A DNA stretch of 64,000 nt, from contig JBFMAD010000008.1 in the NCBI GenBank assembly GCA_040755855.1, positions 96,001 to 160,000 on the forward strand. Direction: 5' to 3'. The translations under genes were made by a program, and so were the position numbers. The DNA is from Planctomycetota bacterium. GTDB taxonomy: Bacteria; Planctomycetota; Brocadiia; JAADGH01. Numbering within the stretch: the first letter of the stretch is position 1; the number at the start of each line of letters is the position of its first letter. This document shows, piece after piece, positions 63,224 through 64,000 of the stretch. The notes beneath the pieces are model-generated. The model made no database searches. It saw only the letters and a program-made list of their open reading frames with translations, and was not told the origin of the DNA.

Positions 63224-64000
63224 TCAGCCGCCCATCACCGGCAGGATCAGCCGCGATGGGTATTGTTTCGAGTGATGGATCGTCTGCCGCGCGGGGATGA
63301 GTTCGGGGTTGTTGAAGTCGTCGCGGCCAGTGTTATGGTTGCGGTCGTAGTTCGGGAAGTCGCTGCTGGCGATCTCCACCTGGATGCGATGGCCCTTGAG
63401 GAGCCGGCAGGCAGTGTTGCTCAGCGTGATGCGGTACTTCACCACCTCGCCCGGCCTCAGAAGCTGCTCCGGCTCGAAACCGTTGCGATAGCGCGCCCGC
63501 ACCATGCCGATGCTGATGTCAATGGCCCGGCCGTCGGGATAGACGTCCACGAGCCGCGCAAAGAAGTCCGTGTCCATCGCCGACGAGGCGGCATGGAGAA
63601 CCACCTCCGGCGCGCCGACGACTTCGACCTCCTCCTGCAGGACCGTGGTTGAGTAGCGGAGGATGTCGCGGCGGTAGTGCAGGGCGCGGCGGTCGGAGGG
63701 GACGGTGAAGAGCGACGGCGTCCAGAGCGTCATCACAGGATCGGCGGGATCGTAGGTGTATTCGTCGGGGGAGTCATCGCCCCTCGACCTTGTGGACAGC
63801 ATCCCGTTCGCCCCAAGGAAGATCTCCTGCGTCGTTGCGCCCTTCGGCGGCCAAGTGTCGGAGGTCTTCCATCGGTTCTCGCCCATGACGAAGTATCGCA
63901 CCGGCGGCCACTGCTCCACGCCGTTGGCGATGCCCTTGAGCCAGTGATCGAACCACTGGATCTGGATCGCCTGCTGGTCCACCTGCGCGTCGGGACCGAA
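63224..64000 (-). CDS. CocE/NonD family hydrolase, C-terminal part (start beyond window)
   Basis: WFDHWLKG, VRYFVMGEN.W, YDPADPV, DTDFFARLVDVYPDG, GHRI...ASSDFP.YDRN.NTG. Confidence 0.92.
   Translation of the reverse strand, partial: FGPDAQVDQQAIQIQWFDHWLKGIANGVEQWPPVRYFVMGENRWKTSDTWPPKGATTQEIFLGANGMLSTRSRGDDSPDEYTYDPADPVMTLWTPSLFTVPSDRRALHYRRDILRYSTTVLQEEVEVVGAPEVVLHAASSAMDTDFFARLVDVYPDGRAIDISIGMVRARYRNGFEPEQLLRPGEVVKYRITLSNTACRLLKGHRIQVEIASSDFPNYDRNHNTGRDDFNNPELIPARQTIHHSKQYPSRLILPVMGG

Noticed and set aside
1..64000. tRNA, rRNA, selenocysteine recoding or prophage genes
   Set aside because: None recognised; redox genes have uninterrupted frames and no phage hallmark proteins are present

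Overview
GC-rich bacterial chromosomal window. The gene repertoire (TPR-ExbB-ExbD-ExbD-TPR/VWA locus, zinc-ribbon and HEAT proteins, Tat sulfatase, several Gfo/Idh/MocA and glycan-active enzymes) resembles Planctomycetota/PVC; this is an inference. After glyS-dapF comes a reductive-type dissimilatory sulfite reduction cluster, dsrAB-dsrN-dsrC-[OsmC-like]-[MNT-HEPN]-dsrT-dsrMKJOP. There is no dsrD (a hairpin and a new promoter follow dsrB), and no dsrL, dsrEFH, sat, apr or qmo in the window. The rest is mostly carbohydrate/sulfated-glycan catabolism (sulfatase, heparinase II/III-like, GH2-like, esterases, oxidoreductases) and housekeeping (surE, Cof HAD, MATE), interspersed with low-GC accessory genes (TA modules, paralogous lipoprotein pair, four-helix-bundle gene, RAYT-type HUH transposase and a RAYT remnant). 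At least three families of short palindromic or MITE-like repeats occupy intergenic regions. No rRNA, tRNA or CRISPR array was recognised. All calls come from motif recognition by eye; no searches were run.
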